Below, one piece after another: positions 8,750 to 18,441 of a DNA stretch of 64,000 bases (position 1 is its first letter; each line of letters opens with the position of its first letter). This stretch comes from an uncultured Acidobacteriota bacterium. Its GTDB lineage: Bacteria > Acidobacteriota > Thermoanaerobaculia > Multivoradales > JAHEKO01. The notes under the pieces are model-generated. The model was not told the DNA's origin. It was given only the letters and a program-made list of their open reading frames with translations, and did no database searches. The stretch lies in NCBI GenBank assembly GCA_963713825.1, contig CAVQNG010000014.1:1-64000 (forward strand), given 5' to 3'. The translations under genes and the position numbers were made by a program.

Positions 8750-10927
8750 ATGACACGGAGAGACTCGACACTCTGCTTTTCTTCAATCGTCTTACTTCTT
8801 TTGGTCGGCGTCTTTGTGCTGAGCTCCCCGAGCCTTGCTCAGGACCCGATTCCCACCGCGGCCGATCCGTCGTCGGCCGAACAAGAGACCCTGGACCTCG
8901 AAGTCACCGTCACAGGTGACAACTTCGGCAAGGATTCAGTGGTCGAGTTTCTCATCTCCGGTACTGAAGACCCAGGTGGTATCAAGGTCAAGAAGGTCAA
9001 GTCTCTGGGCCCCCAGAAGCTCAAGGTTACGGTCGATGTCGAAGCGGACGCCGTGGTCGATGACTTCGACATCAGGGTCATGAGCCGCGGCCGCACCGGC
9101 AAAGGCACCGAGCTGTTCCGCGTCCTCGAGAAGGAGCATCCCACCCAGGACACGACCCCACCGGGAGCCGTGACCGTCGACTATCTCGGAACGGAATACA
9201 ACCAGGTTTTCCTGGAGTGGATCGCCCCGGCGGACGATGGCTACGATCCTGCGAGCGGCCCGGTGTCCGGTTACGTGGCAAGGTGCGTGCCCGGCGACGT
9301 GACCTTCGACCCCCAAGTCTGGGACGAGGCCGACCATCTCAGTGGTGTGGCTTTCTGGACCGAGCCAGGATCACCTGGCACACCCGAGCAAGGCTGGGCC
9401 TACAAATGGACAGACCCGGGTTTCAGGCCGGCCTCGACCTATTCTCTCGCAATCCGAGTCGGCGACGAGGTCCCCAACGAGTCCGATATCTCCAACACGG
9501 TCACGTTCACGACGCAGCCTTACGGACCGAATCCAGACTGGGTCGTCCAGAAAGTCCCGATTCCGATCAGCGGCCTCCTCGGAAATGCGTTCGACTCGGG
9601 TGGCAATCTGGTGATCGCGGCTCTCTATCAGGATCAGATCCGCATCCTCAGCGGATCTTGGAGCGACACTGAAGGGCAGTGGCAGTGGGACTTCGAAGAT
9701 GTTCCCGGATTTGCGGACAGTTTCGCGATCGACCCCTTCGGTGTCCCGGCCTTCGCTTGGACCCAAACGCTGACTTCGACCACAGCTGACGTGCTCTACA
9801 CCTATTTCGACGGCGGAGAGTGGGCGACGGAGCTTGTGGGGAGCGCAGACGGTGACGTCAGGGGACCCGCGAGGATCGCCTTCGACCTCCTCGGCAACCC
9901 GGCGATTGCCTACTACCAATGGGACAACGCCTCGGATGGAGGGGTCAAGCTGGCACGCCGGAGCATTTCTGGTCAGTGGAGCATCGAGGTCGCGGATCTT
10001 TTCGAGGCATCAAGAGAAGGGCTGGTCGATCTGGCTTTCGATCCCGCCGGGAATCCTGCCATGGCTTACGCCGTGTATCCACCAGACGTCTATTGGGACA
10101 CCTACGTATTGCGGTTCGCCAGCCTCTCGGGCGGAACCTGGCAGGTCGAAGAGGTCGATGCCTCGGGCAGCTCGTATCCGAGAGGCCAGGCTGTTCAGCT
10201 GAGTTACGACGCCAGCCGTGGCGAGTTTGCGGTTCTCCATTATTCCGACTATCAGGCGATCTACTGCGAGCGAGACAACGGCAGTTGGCAGTGTGAGGAG
10301 CCGTTCGGTGGAGAGCCGCCGGACTACTCTTTTGGGACAGCCTCCCCAGACTCGATTCCGTACACTGTTCCACTCTGGCTGACCATTGACGGAGCTGGAG
10401 AGGTTTTCATCCCCTTTAACCTGGGCCGAAGCATGCGGCTCGCTCGCCGCTCTGCTGCTGCGGCCTGGAACGAAGAGTTCATCGACTCTGCGTGGTTGTG
10501 GCCCGACTTCGAGCAGGCGCCATTTAACGTCAGTGGGTTTGGCCCGTTTGTGGCCCTCGACCCGTCGGGTTCACCGACGCTCTCCTGGACGTGGAATCGT
10601 GACGACTGGCAGCCCGGAGACCTGAGTCTCTACTTCGCTTGGATGGACCCGACGGCAAATTTCTGCGGGGACGGAGTCTGCACCAGAGCGGAAACCCAGT
10701 GTGCCTGTCCGGTCGACTGTGGAGTAGTAACCCTGAGCGAGCAGGGCCTATGCTCGGACTTCAGCGACAACGATTGCGATGGCGTCATGGACTGCTCCGA
10801 CTTCGACTGCGAAGGGGATGCAGCGTGCAGCGGTAGCAGCTGCTTGCCGAAGGGGTTTTATCCCTGTTACCGCAACGATGAGTGTTGCTCCGGGATCTGC
10901 CATCCGCAGAAGCACAGCTGTAAGTAG
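8750..10927 (+). CDS. Secreted multidomain protein: Ig-like, fibronectin-III, beta-propeller, Cys-rich and cystine-knot-like tail
   Basis: AAGGAGG RBS, signal peptide, DTTPPG...LEWIAPADDG...DEVPNESDISN Fn3 motif, repeated AFDxxGNPAIAY blades, C-terminal CGDGVC/DNDCDG/CCSGIC. Confidence 0.75.
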   Translation: MTRRDSTLCFSSIVLLLLVGVFVLSSPSLAQDPIPTAADPSSAEQETLDLEVTVTGDNFGKDSVVEFLISGTEDPGGIKVKKVKSLGPQKLKVTVDVEADAVVDDFDIRVMSRGRTGKGTELFRVLEKEHPTQDTTPPGAVTVDYLGTEYNQVFLEWIAPADDGYDPASGPVSGYVARCVPGDVTFDPQVWDEADHLSGVAFWTEPGSPGTPEQGWAYKWTDPGFRPASTYSLAIRVGDEVPNESDISNTVTFTTQPYGPNPDWVVQKVPIPISGLLGNAFDSGGNLVIAALYQDQIRILSGSWSDTEGQWQWDFEDVPGFADSFAIDPFGVPAFAWTQTLTSTTADVLYTYFDGGEWATELVGSADGDVRGPARIAFDLLGNPAIAYYQWDNASDGGVKLARRSISGQWSIEVADLFEASREGLVDLAFDPAGNPAMAYAVYPPDVYWDTYVLRFASLSGGTWQVEEVDASGSSYPRGQAVQLSYDASRGEFAVLHYSDYQAIYCERDNGSWQCEEPFGGEPPDYSFGTASPDSIPYTVPLWLTIDGAGEVFIPFNLGRSMRLARRSAAAAWNEEFIDSAWLWPDFEQAPFNVSGFGPFVALDPSGSPTLSWTWNRDDWQPGDLSLYFAWMDPTANFCGDGVCTRAETQCACPVDCGVVTLSEQGLCSDFSDNDCDGVMDCSDFDCEGDAACSGSSCLPKGFYPCYRNDECCSGICHPQKHSCK

Positions 10928-10948
10928 TCGATCCGAGTTTGAGTTGGC

Positions 10949-10979
10949 AAAGGGCCGGGCTCTGTGCTCGGCCCTTTTT
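10949..10979 (+). terminator. Intrinsic terminator closing the sigma-CHAT cassette
   Basis: AAAGGGCCGGGC-tctgt-GCTCGGCCCTTTTT hairpin with U-tract just after the 10927 stop; possibly bidirectional. Confidence 0.8.
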
Positions 10980-10980
10980 G

Positions 10981-11320
10981 TCAGTTGACAGGGTCAGTTG
11001 ACTGATGCGGCCGACTCCTCCCACCCGCAGAGTTGAGCCTGTCTAACGCAGCTTGGAAAGCGGTAGCGCAGGGTGCATCGATCCTCAGCTCGGGGTCGAG
11101 GATGGAAGAGGCCCGATGGGTGCCGAGCATGTGACTGTTGTCGGAATGGGGGTGGTCGGGTGCGATGGCGTGAACGAGCTCGTGGTCAATCAGGTCCACG
11201 CGATCGAAGACCGCTATCTCGATGGCTATCGGGTCGACTTCTGCCTGAATAGGGAACGAAGTCAATGCCAGGAAAGCAGGCAGGGCACCCAGTGCGATGA
11301 GCTTGAATCTATGTCTCCGA
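10981..11320 (-). CDS. Possible small secreted hypothetical protein (apparently frameshifted)
   Basis: ORF 10981..11265 is preceded in another frame by signal-peptide-like RHRFKLIALGALL; no recognisable family; start uncertain. Confidence 0.25.
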
Positions 11321-11459
11321 GTTGGAACAGCCGATCAAAGCCTCGGCGTCAAAGGGCGAGGGTCGATACGCAGCACCCTCACTCCCGTTGGTGAGAAGAG
11401 AGAAGAATGCCTTACAAGTTCTGTTCTGAATCGGCCGACGTTGGCTAGAATCCTGCAGC

Positions 11460-13146
11460 ATGCTCCGTCTTGCACGCTTGTTGGCAGTCGCAGGATCTGC
11501 CGGACTGATCGCGATGTCTGGCTGGTCGGCCGTCCAAGCCGAATCTCCGCTCTTCAACGATTTGAGTGCAGGATCGGGTCTGGAGATCGTCACATATTCG
11601 GGCAGCGTCGAGAAGCCGCACATCCTGGAGTCGGACGGGAACGGCGTCCTGGTGCTGGACTACGACGGTGATGGGTTCCAGGATCTCTACTTCGTCGCCG
11701 CATTCAGGATTCCTCGAGACGAGGAGGCGATGGAGGAGCGGAGTGCCCTCTACCGGAATCTCGGCAACGGCACCTTCGTTGAGGTGAGCCAGCAGGCAGG
11801 TGTTGCTGCCCGGGTGTACGGCCACGGTGGCTGTGTCGGGGACTACAACGCAGATGGACTGCCCGACATCTACCTGACCGCTTACGGGGACAATATTCTC
11901 TATCGCAACAACGGCGACGGCACCTTCGAGGATGTCACCGAGGAGGCTGGTGTGGCCGAGCCGGCCTGGAGCATCGGGGCCACATTCCTCGACGCCGATG
12001 GTGACGGCGACCAGGACCTCTATGTCGGCAACTACATCGTGGCTCCATGGGAGGAGATCCTGGCGGCTCGGCGAACGCGACGCTGGCGGGGCAAGGTCGA
12101 AGTGATGGATGGGCCGCGAGGACTTGTCGAGGCGCCGAACACCTTCTACCTCAATCGCGGGTGACGGCACATTCGAGGATGCCACCGAATCGTCAGGGCT
12201 GGCGGAAGGGCGACTCGGTTACACCATGGGGGTCGTCAGCTTCGACTACGACAACGATGGCGCTCCTGACATCTACGTGGCCAACGACAGCACGGCCAAT
12301 CGGCTCTACAAGAACCACGGGGACGGCACCTTCGAGGAAGTGGGCACCTGGACCGGAAGCTCCTACAACGCCGATGGCAGGGTGCAGGGCAGCATGGGCG
12401 TGCACTACGGCGACTACGACGGTGACGGCTGGTTCGACATCGGGGTCACCAATTTCGCTCTCGACTACTACGCCCTGTACCGCAACCTGGAAGGTGAGCT
12501 GTTCCAGGACGAGTCTTTCAACTCCCAGCTCGCAGTGACGAGCTTCGCGCCTCTGGGATGGGGTGTCCTGTTCTTCGACGCGGACAACGATCGGGATGTG
12601 GATCTCTACTTCTCGAACGGGCACATCTACCCGCAAGTGGATGAGGACGATTCCCTGGGCGAGACCTACCGCCAGCACAATCAGCTGCTGCTGAACGAGG
12701 CCGGCAAGTTTCACGATGTCAGTGGCGAGGCTGGCGGTGCGTTCGAGGTGAAGCTATCGAGCAGGGGAGCTGTCTTCTTCGATCTGGAGAACGACGGTGA
12801 TCTGGATCTCGCAGTGAGTAATCAGGACGAGAAGCCCAACCTCTTCGTGAACAGCTCACCGCCCAACTCTTGGCTCCGGGTCGACCTGCGTCAAACCTCG
12901 GGCAACCACCGTCCTCTGGGCTCGAGAGTCGAGGTGGAGATCGAGGGGTCGAAGCAGATCCGCGAAGCTACTTCCGGCGGTTCGTACGCTTCGGAGCTCG
13001 ACCCACGACTCCATTTCGGTTTGGGTTCAGCAACAAAGGTCGATCGGATGTCGATTCGATGGCCGGATGGACGGCAGTCTGCATTCGTGGATCTACCAGC
13101 AAATCGGCAGGTGGTGATCTGGCGGCCGGAGGGGCAGGTCGAGTGA
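11460..13146 (+). CDS. CRTAC1-family (FG-GAP/ASPIC-UnbV) secreted protein, split by a +1 indel near 12160
   Basis: Repeated DYDGDGxxDxY and LYRNxGDGTFxDVT motifs; C-terminal GGSYAS..RLHFGLG..IRWPDG (ASPIC/UnbV). ORFs 11460..12164 and 12109..13146 join at aatcgcGggtgac. Confidence 0.88.
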
Positions 13147-15201
13147 GCATCCTCCTCAGAAAGAAGCTGCTTACGCTTTGTTCGGCTGTCCTGGTTTGGG
13201 CGCTGTCATCTGGTACGGCGCTGGCCCAGCTGCCTCAGACGGAGGCCCGGCCGGAAACCTCCAGAGCCGAATGCAGAAAGCAGCGTCCCTGCTTCAATCG
13301 GGTGATGTCGAGGGCGCAGAGGCTGAGCTTCAGGCGATCCTCGACGTGGCTCCAAACCATGGTCCAGCCAACCTACTCGTGGGGCAGGCCAGGCTCGAGT
13401 CTGGAGATCTAGACGCCGCACAGAAGCACCTGCAGATTGCCACCCAGTCCAACGTGCGGCGGCCCTATCTGGCTTGGCACCTGCTTGGTCGCACTCAGCT
13501 CGCTCTCGGCGATCCTGAGGCGGCACGAGAGTCTTTCGGCAAGGCACTGGAGAGCGCTCCTCAGTTTGCACCAGCACTGTTGGGTCGTGCGAGGGTCGCG
13601 ATCCGGCTCGAGGATCTGGAGCAGGCCGCCCTGGATCTGGAGAGGGTTCGAAGCCTGCAGGGGGCGAGTCCAGAAGCCACTCTCCTGCTGGCAGAAGTCC
13701 TCGCAGCTCAGGAGCGGGGTGAGGAAGCAAGGGAGCTCCTCGGGCCACTGGCCAAGGCGCCTGAGGCCTCTGGCGAGAGTCTTGCAGCTCGTATGCTCCT
13801 CCTCAGTCTGGGTGGCGAAGAAGAATGGGAACAGCTGCGTCGCTTGGTGGGGGAGAACCTCCATCTCGCTCGGAGTTATCTGGCTCTCGGGATCTCCTAC
13901 CAACGCATCAGCGATCCTGAGACAGGAGCAATTCCTCTTCGAATCGCTCTGGAGATCGACGACCAGGACCCGGTTCCGTGGCTACTCCTGCAATCGATAT
14001 CTGACGATCCGAGCCTGACTTCATATCCCGACTTCTTCCCCGACCTCGAAGGCAAGCTCGAAAGGGCCCGCAACCCCCAGGTGACGGGAGCATCGGTGGA
14101 GGCCGAGGCCGAGTCCATCCTGGGAGAGAGGCCGTTCCATGTGCCAGCGCGCTTGACTCTCGTTCTGGATGCCGAGGCGCGTGAGGATTCGTGGACGGCT
14201 CTCACCGGCTACCGCCAGCTAGTGGAGTGGCTGCCGGGGATCCCTTCCCTCCAAGCCAGAGCTGCCAGGGTGGCGCACACCATGGAAGCCGAAGATCTGG
14301 CCACTTGCCTTGCCCAGCGTGCGATGAGGTCGATGCCGGAAGAGGCTTCGCTCTACTATCTGCTGGCGGCCATCGAGTCCGAGGCTGGAGAGTGGGAGGC
14401 TTCATCGCAGTCTTGCCGGAAGGCGATCGAGCTTGGATTGGAGGAGGCACCGCTCTATCTGACCCTGGGACGGGTCGAGTTCGAGCAGATGCACATCGGG
14501 GAGTCGATCGCCGCCTATGCCAAGGCCGTGGAGCTGGACCCCGATGCCGATCGAGCCGTTCCCCGGTTCGCGCTGGCGACGCTCTCCACCGAGGAGTTCG
14601 ATGCTCTTCGCAGCCTGATGGCGGCCGAACTGGAGCGCGATCCGAATGGCGAGAACACGCTGTACACCCTCGGCCTGATGAGCTTGCGGGAGAACGAGCT
14701 CGAAGCGGCTGTGGAGTACTTCGAGAGACTCTCCGTCCTCTTACCCGACGACACCCAGGTGCAGCACCACTTGGGAACCGCGTACATGCGGGCAGGAGAG
14801 AAGGAGAATGGCAAGGCTGCTCTGGAGCGGTTCCGAGAGTTGAAGGCGGCCGAAGAGGAGGCCTGGGTCGAACACAATCAGGCCTACCGCAAGAAGCTCG
14901 AGGCTCAGGACGCCACGGCGGCAGGCGATCCGGCAGAGGCACTCAGGATCTACAACGAGCTGGCGTCCGTTGGGTTGGCGGAGCCGGACGACTATCTCGC
15001 CGCCGGGTCGCTCTACCTGCGAGAGCAGGGGACTATGAACGAGCCTACGGTTGGTTCGAGCAGTTCCTCACTGCCAATCCCTACAAGCGAGAGGCCCTCG
15101 AAGGCCTGGCCGAGGCGGCCGAAGGGCTAGGCCGCACCGAGATTGCCAACCAGGCCCGCGCCCGCGCCGACCTCCTCGCCTGGCCCTGCTCAGTCGACTG
15201 A
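13143..15201 (+). CDS. Secreted tetratricopeptide-repeat protein (frameshifts near 13255 and 15025)
   Basis: GTG 13143 overlaps the CRTAC1 stop; signal peptide in one frame, TPRs in 13178..15130, last TPR and stop in the frame ending 15201. Confidence 0.75.
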
Positions 15202-15212
15202 CGCGGATGGGT

Positions 15213-15580
15213 TGGAGGCTCGTCCGGGTGGCCACGAAAGCGTCCTGGGGCTTGAGACCTGGGTCCTGGGCGACTCTCTGCTCATCGTTGGATGTACTGG
15301 GCCACGCACGAGGCTCTCCCCCGTCGTCCTGGGCCTCCGGCTGGAGACCTCGTACGCGGCCTTGCACCTTTGTACTCCTAAGCCCTTAAGCCACTATGCC
15401 CTCAATGGTGCCCGAGGTTCGTTCGGGTGGTTCGTCAGGGGGTGCCACGTCGAGCGCAGCGCTAGGACCATCGCAGAGCACACACGATCCGGCGCGATGA
15501 CGTGACAAGGTGGCGGCCCGTCCGTTGCAGTCTGAGTAGCCGACGCCGTCCCCTAGGCGAGCCACCTGGACGGACCTCCA
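15213..15580 (+). repeat. Composite structured intergenic repeat, copy 1 (outer arm 15213-15233, 8-mer tract ~15377-15401, core ~15402-15580)
   Basis: Core alignable with 20668-20850 and 27325-27510; terminal inverted arms GAGGTTCGTTCGGGTGG / CCACCTGGACGGACCTC. Confidence 0.85.
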
Positions 15581-15604
15581 GACGACTCACTTGCGGTAAT
15601 AGGT

Positions 15605-18370
15605 TCAAGGTCTGTCGTGTAAGACGAGTGCTTGCCAGTTCAGGATCGCGTTCCAGAGGAAGCGGTGGTCCGAATGGTTCAGGTAGCGGTGCATGGGGTT
15701 GAAGTTATAGGCCACGATCGTGCCCTTACCGGTCGGTACCGCCAGGATGGCCGGGCGGCCCTTTAGCGCCGCTTCTCCCTTCGCTCCGCCGCTCACGACC
15801 ATCGGCTGAGACTCCGCTCCCCATTGTAGGACCACATTGCTTTTGTCTACCTCTCCATCCAGACATGAGGTGCAGTAGGCCATCCTCAGCCAGTGCTTTG
15901 GGACATCGTAGACGGCGTAGTTGAATCGAAACACCGAAGGGGTCTCGCTGTAGCCATAGGCGATCGGGTGATCGGATTGCAGGAAGCTGGCACGGATCTC
16001 AGCGCCTGGAGTCGAGATGCCCGTGTCATGGGCTCGCCGGACATTGCGAATCATGCCGCCGTCCAGAGCCAGAGAAGAGCCATTGCCCAGTGTCAGGAGG
16101 AGCCCTCCCTGCTCGACGAATGCCTGCAGGCTTGCGAGCCCAGACCATCCGATACCACCAGTGATGTCCTCAGACTCCGCGGGCTCCCCATGGCTCGGAA
16201 ACTCCGCAGTCCTGGTGAAGGGCATGGGTCCGTCAACGGACTGAATACCGTGAATCTGGGAAGTTAGCTCCAAATCGACGTTGCCGTAGACGATGACATC
16301 GACCTTCTCTTCGAGGCCGCCGGCTCGAATGTCTTCATCCCTCAGGTAGGTATAGGGCACGCCGCGCTGGTCGAGTGTGTAGCGCAGCCACCCAATGGAA
16401 TCGGTGTCGGCCCAGGGGACCCAAACGCCCAGACGAGGGATCTCGGCTGCATGGCTCTCGACGCTTGGCATTGCGGTGCGAGCTATCGAAGTCGAGTGCC
16501 AGGTCCTGTCGCCACAGTCTCCAGGGCGTCGATCGAGGCCATCCTGTCCCGGCAGGATCCAGCTGCCGGCAGGGTAGTCCTTGCCGCCGGACGAAAAGTC
16601 CGTCTCGGCGATCTCCACAGAGAAGTCAGCCAGGCGGAAACGTGCTGCCAACAGGCCCTCCTGACCCTGGTCGCTGAGTAGAAAGACGGGGCCCGATCCC
16701 GAGATCCTGCCCTCGGCGCGAGCCTCACCCTCGATCGGCGAGAGCGAAACCTCGAGGATTCCACGGTCGTCGATGGGAATTGTCTCGACACCGTAGTGGG
16801 TGGGGAGGTTCCAGGTCACATCGTCGTAGGGCAAGTGCTCCGTGTCGAACGGGAATTCCTGCAGCTCCAGGAGGTCCACCGCATAGTTCCGGTAGGGCTG
16901 GTCCAGTCGAACAACATAGCTGCCGGTGGGAAAGGAACCTTCGTTTGTCGAGAAGGCCTCCGTCGACTGTGAGACCTCGATCCCCTGCCTCAGGAGCACG
17001 TTCACCATCTGAGAGGCGAGCCGCCGATCGCTCTGATCCGCAGGGATGACGAAAGCGTAGGGGCTTCCCGCAACGCCCTTCTGCCACGAGTTGTAGCCCT
17101 TGCGGTAGAAGTTGAGGAGCATGGCGTCGGCGTTTTTGGCCGTGTAGTCGAGGATCACCAACAGTGCAGTCTGCTGGTAATTGACGTTGTCGCGCATCGA
17201 CCATCGCAGGGTCCCTTCGACAGGCATGGGGCGAAACCACCTGCGGGTCATTTCGTCCCCCCAGACGGTTCTCATCATCGTTTCAGCGCCGGCGTTGCCC
17301 AACGTCTCGTAGCCGCGCCCAATGCTGTTGTGGTTCATGCCGACCGAATCCAGGTAGTGGTGGCCGTACCCTTCGCCGAAGTCCCACGTCCAAACTCCCG
17401 GCATGCCCATCGCTGTCATCGTTGTCACCTCGTGAAAGCTCATCTCGAGGAACTCACTCGTCACGATGGGATCGAGATTCGGGTTGTAGGGGCCGGTACC
17501 GTTCCAGGTTTGCAGCAGGAACATGGCCTCATGAAGGTCATGAACAACGGTCGGGTGGTAGTCGAAGAACATCTTGTAGACGGCTCGCACCAGACCCTGG
17601 GTCTGTTGGTGGGCATCCCGATTGGCATCGACGAAAAGGTAGCGCCCCCAATAGGGCGGTGACTGGCGCGGCAGCTCACCGTATTCGGTCTTGCCTTTGA
17701 GGTAGCGGTAGAACCAGTCCGCCACCTTGTCTCGGCCATCCGGGTTGGAGACTGGATTGATGAGTACGACGAGCTGTTCCCGGATCTGCTGGATCATTGG
17801 CTGGTCGGAGACCGCCAGTCGGTAGGCCAGTTCCATTGCCATCTCTGGACTGCCGGTCTCATCGCCATGAATTGCGGCGTTGATGTAGTAGATCGGTCGA
17901 GCGTGAGCGATGATCTCCTCGGCCCTGGTCAGATCCGTCTGCCTCGGATCCGCGAGGGCTGCAGTCGCGGCTTTCAGCGACTCGACGGACCCGATCCCGT
18001 CCTCGTCGGCAATCACAACCAGCAGGATCTCGCGGCCCTCCTCGGTCTCACCGATGATCTCGACCTCGACTCGGGGCGAGGTGCGGGCCAGCTCTCGCAT
18101 GTAGCCGTAGATTGTCTCCGAGTGGGTCAGCTCGCCAGGCGTGCCAGGGATGTAGCCCAGGAACTCGGCCGGCGAAGGGACGGTGTTGGAGTCGGGGGTA
18201 TAGGCGACCCAGGGGCTCAGGTAGGCCGGATCACTGGTGAATTCGGCGATGGCCTCAGCCGAACCGGGCTCCGCTGAGTCAGGGGCGAAGGGTCCATCCT
18301 GGGCTACCAGGGTGATGGGCAGGGCCAGTGCCAGAAGCAGTGCGAAGAGGCAGGCCGCGGATCGTTGCAT
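15605..18370 (-). CDS. M14 family zinc carboxypeptidase with C-terminal GATase-like domain, secreted
   Basis: Signal peptide, AAIHGDE (HxxE), NPDGRD, DANRD, DLHE; a short out-of-frame-looking patch near 16480-16530. Confidence 0.85.
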   Translation of the reverse strand: MQRSAACLFALLLALALPITLVAQDGPFAPDSAEPGSAEAIAEFTSDPAYLSPWVAYTPDSNTVPSPAEFLGYIPGTPGELTHSETIYGYMRELARTSPRVEVEIIGETEEGREILLVVIADEDGIGSVESLKAATAALADPRQTDLTRAEEIIAHARPIYYINAAIHGDETGSPEMAMELAYRLAVSDQPMIQQIREQLVVLINPVSNPDGRDKVADWFYRYLKGKTEYGELPRQSPPYWGRYLFVDANRDAHQQTQGLVRAVYKMFFDYHPTVVHDLHEAMFLLQTWNGTGPYNPNLDPIVTSEFLEMSFHEVTTMTAMGMPGVWTWDFGEGYGHHYLDSVGMNHNSIGRGYETLGNAGAETMMRTVWGDEMTRRWFRPMPVEGTLRWSMRDNVNYQQTALLVILDYTAKNADAMLLNFYRKGYNSWQKGVAGSPYAFVIPADQSDRRLASQMVNVLLRQGIEVSQSTEAFSTNEGSFPTGSYVVRLDQPYRNYAVDLLELQEFPFDTEHLPYDDVTWNLPTHYGVETIPIDDRGILEVSLSPIEGEARAEGRISGSGPVFLLSDQGQEGLLAARFRLADFSVEIAETDFSSGGKDYPAGSWILPGQDGLDRRPGDCGDRTWHSTSIARTAMPSVESHAAEIPRLGVWVPWADTDSIGWLRYTLDQRGVPYTYLRDEDIRAGGLEEKVDVIVYGNVDLELTSQIHGIQSVDGPMPFTRTAEFPSHGEPAESEDITGGIGWSGLASLQAFVEQGGLLLTLGNGSSLALDGGMIRNVRRAHDTGISTPGAEIRASFLQSDHPIAYGYSETPSVFRFNYAVYDVPKHWLRMAYCTSCLDGEVDKSNVVLQWGAESQPMVVSGGAKGEAALKGRPAILAVPTGKGTIVAYNFNPMHRYLNHSDHRFLWNAILNWQALVLHDRP

Positions 18371-18441
18371 GGTTCCCCCCTTGAAGATCGGCACAGTCGC
18401 AGAACCTATAATCTATCCGGTCGGGGTGGTGTGGCACAGCC

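Noticed and set aside
12162-12164. Selenocysteine or stop-codon readthrough at this TGA
   Set aside because: The homologous sequence continues in a different frame, so this is an indel rather than recoding.
15500-15550. Hammerhead ribozyme in the repeat core (CTGAGTA)
   Set aside because: It lacks the CUGANGA spacing and the GAAA core strand.
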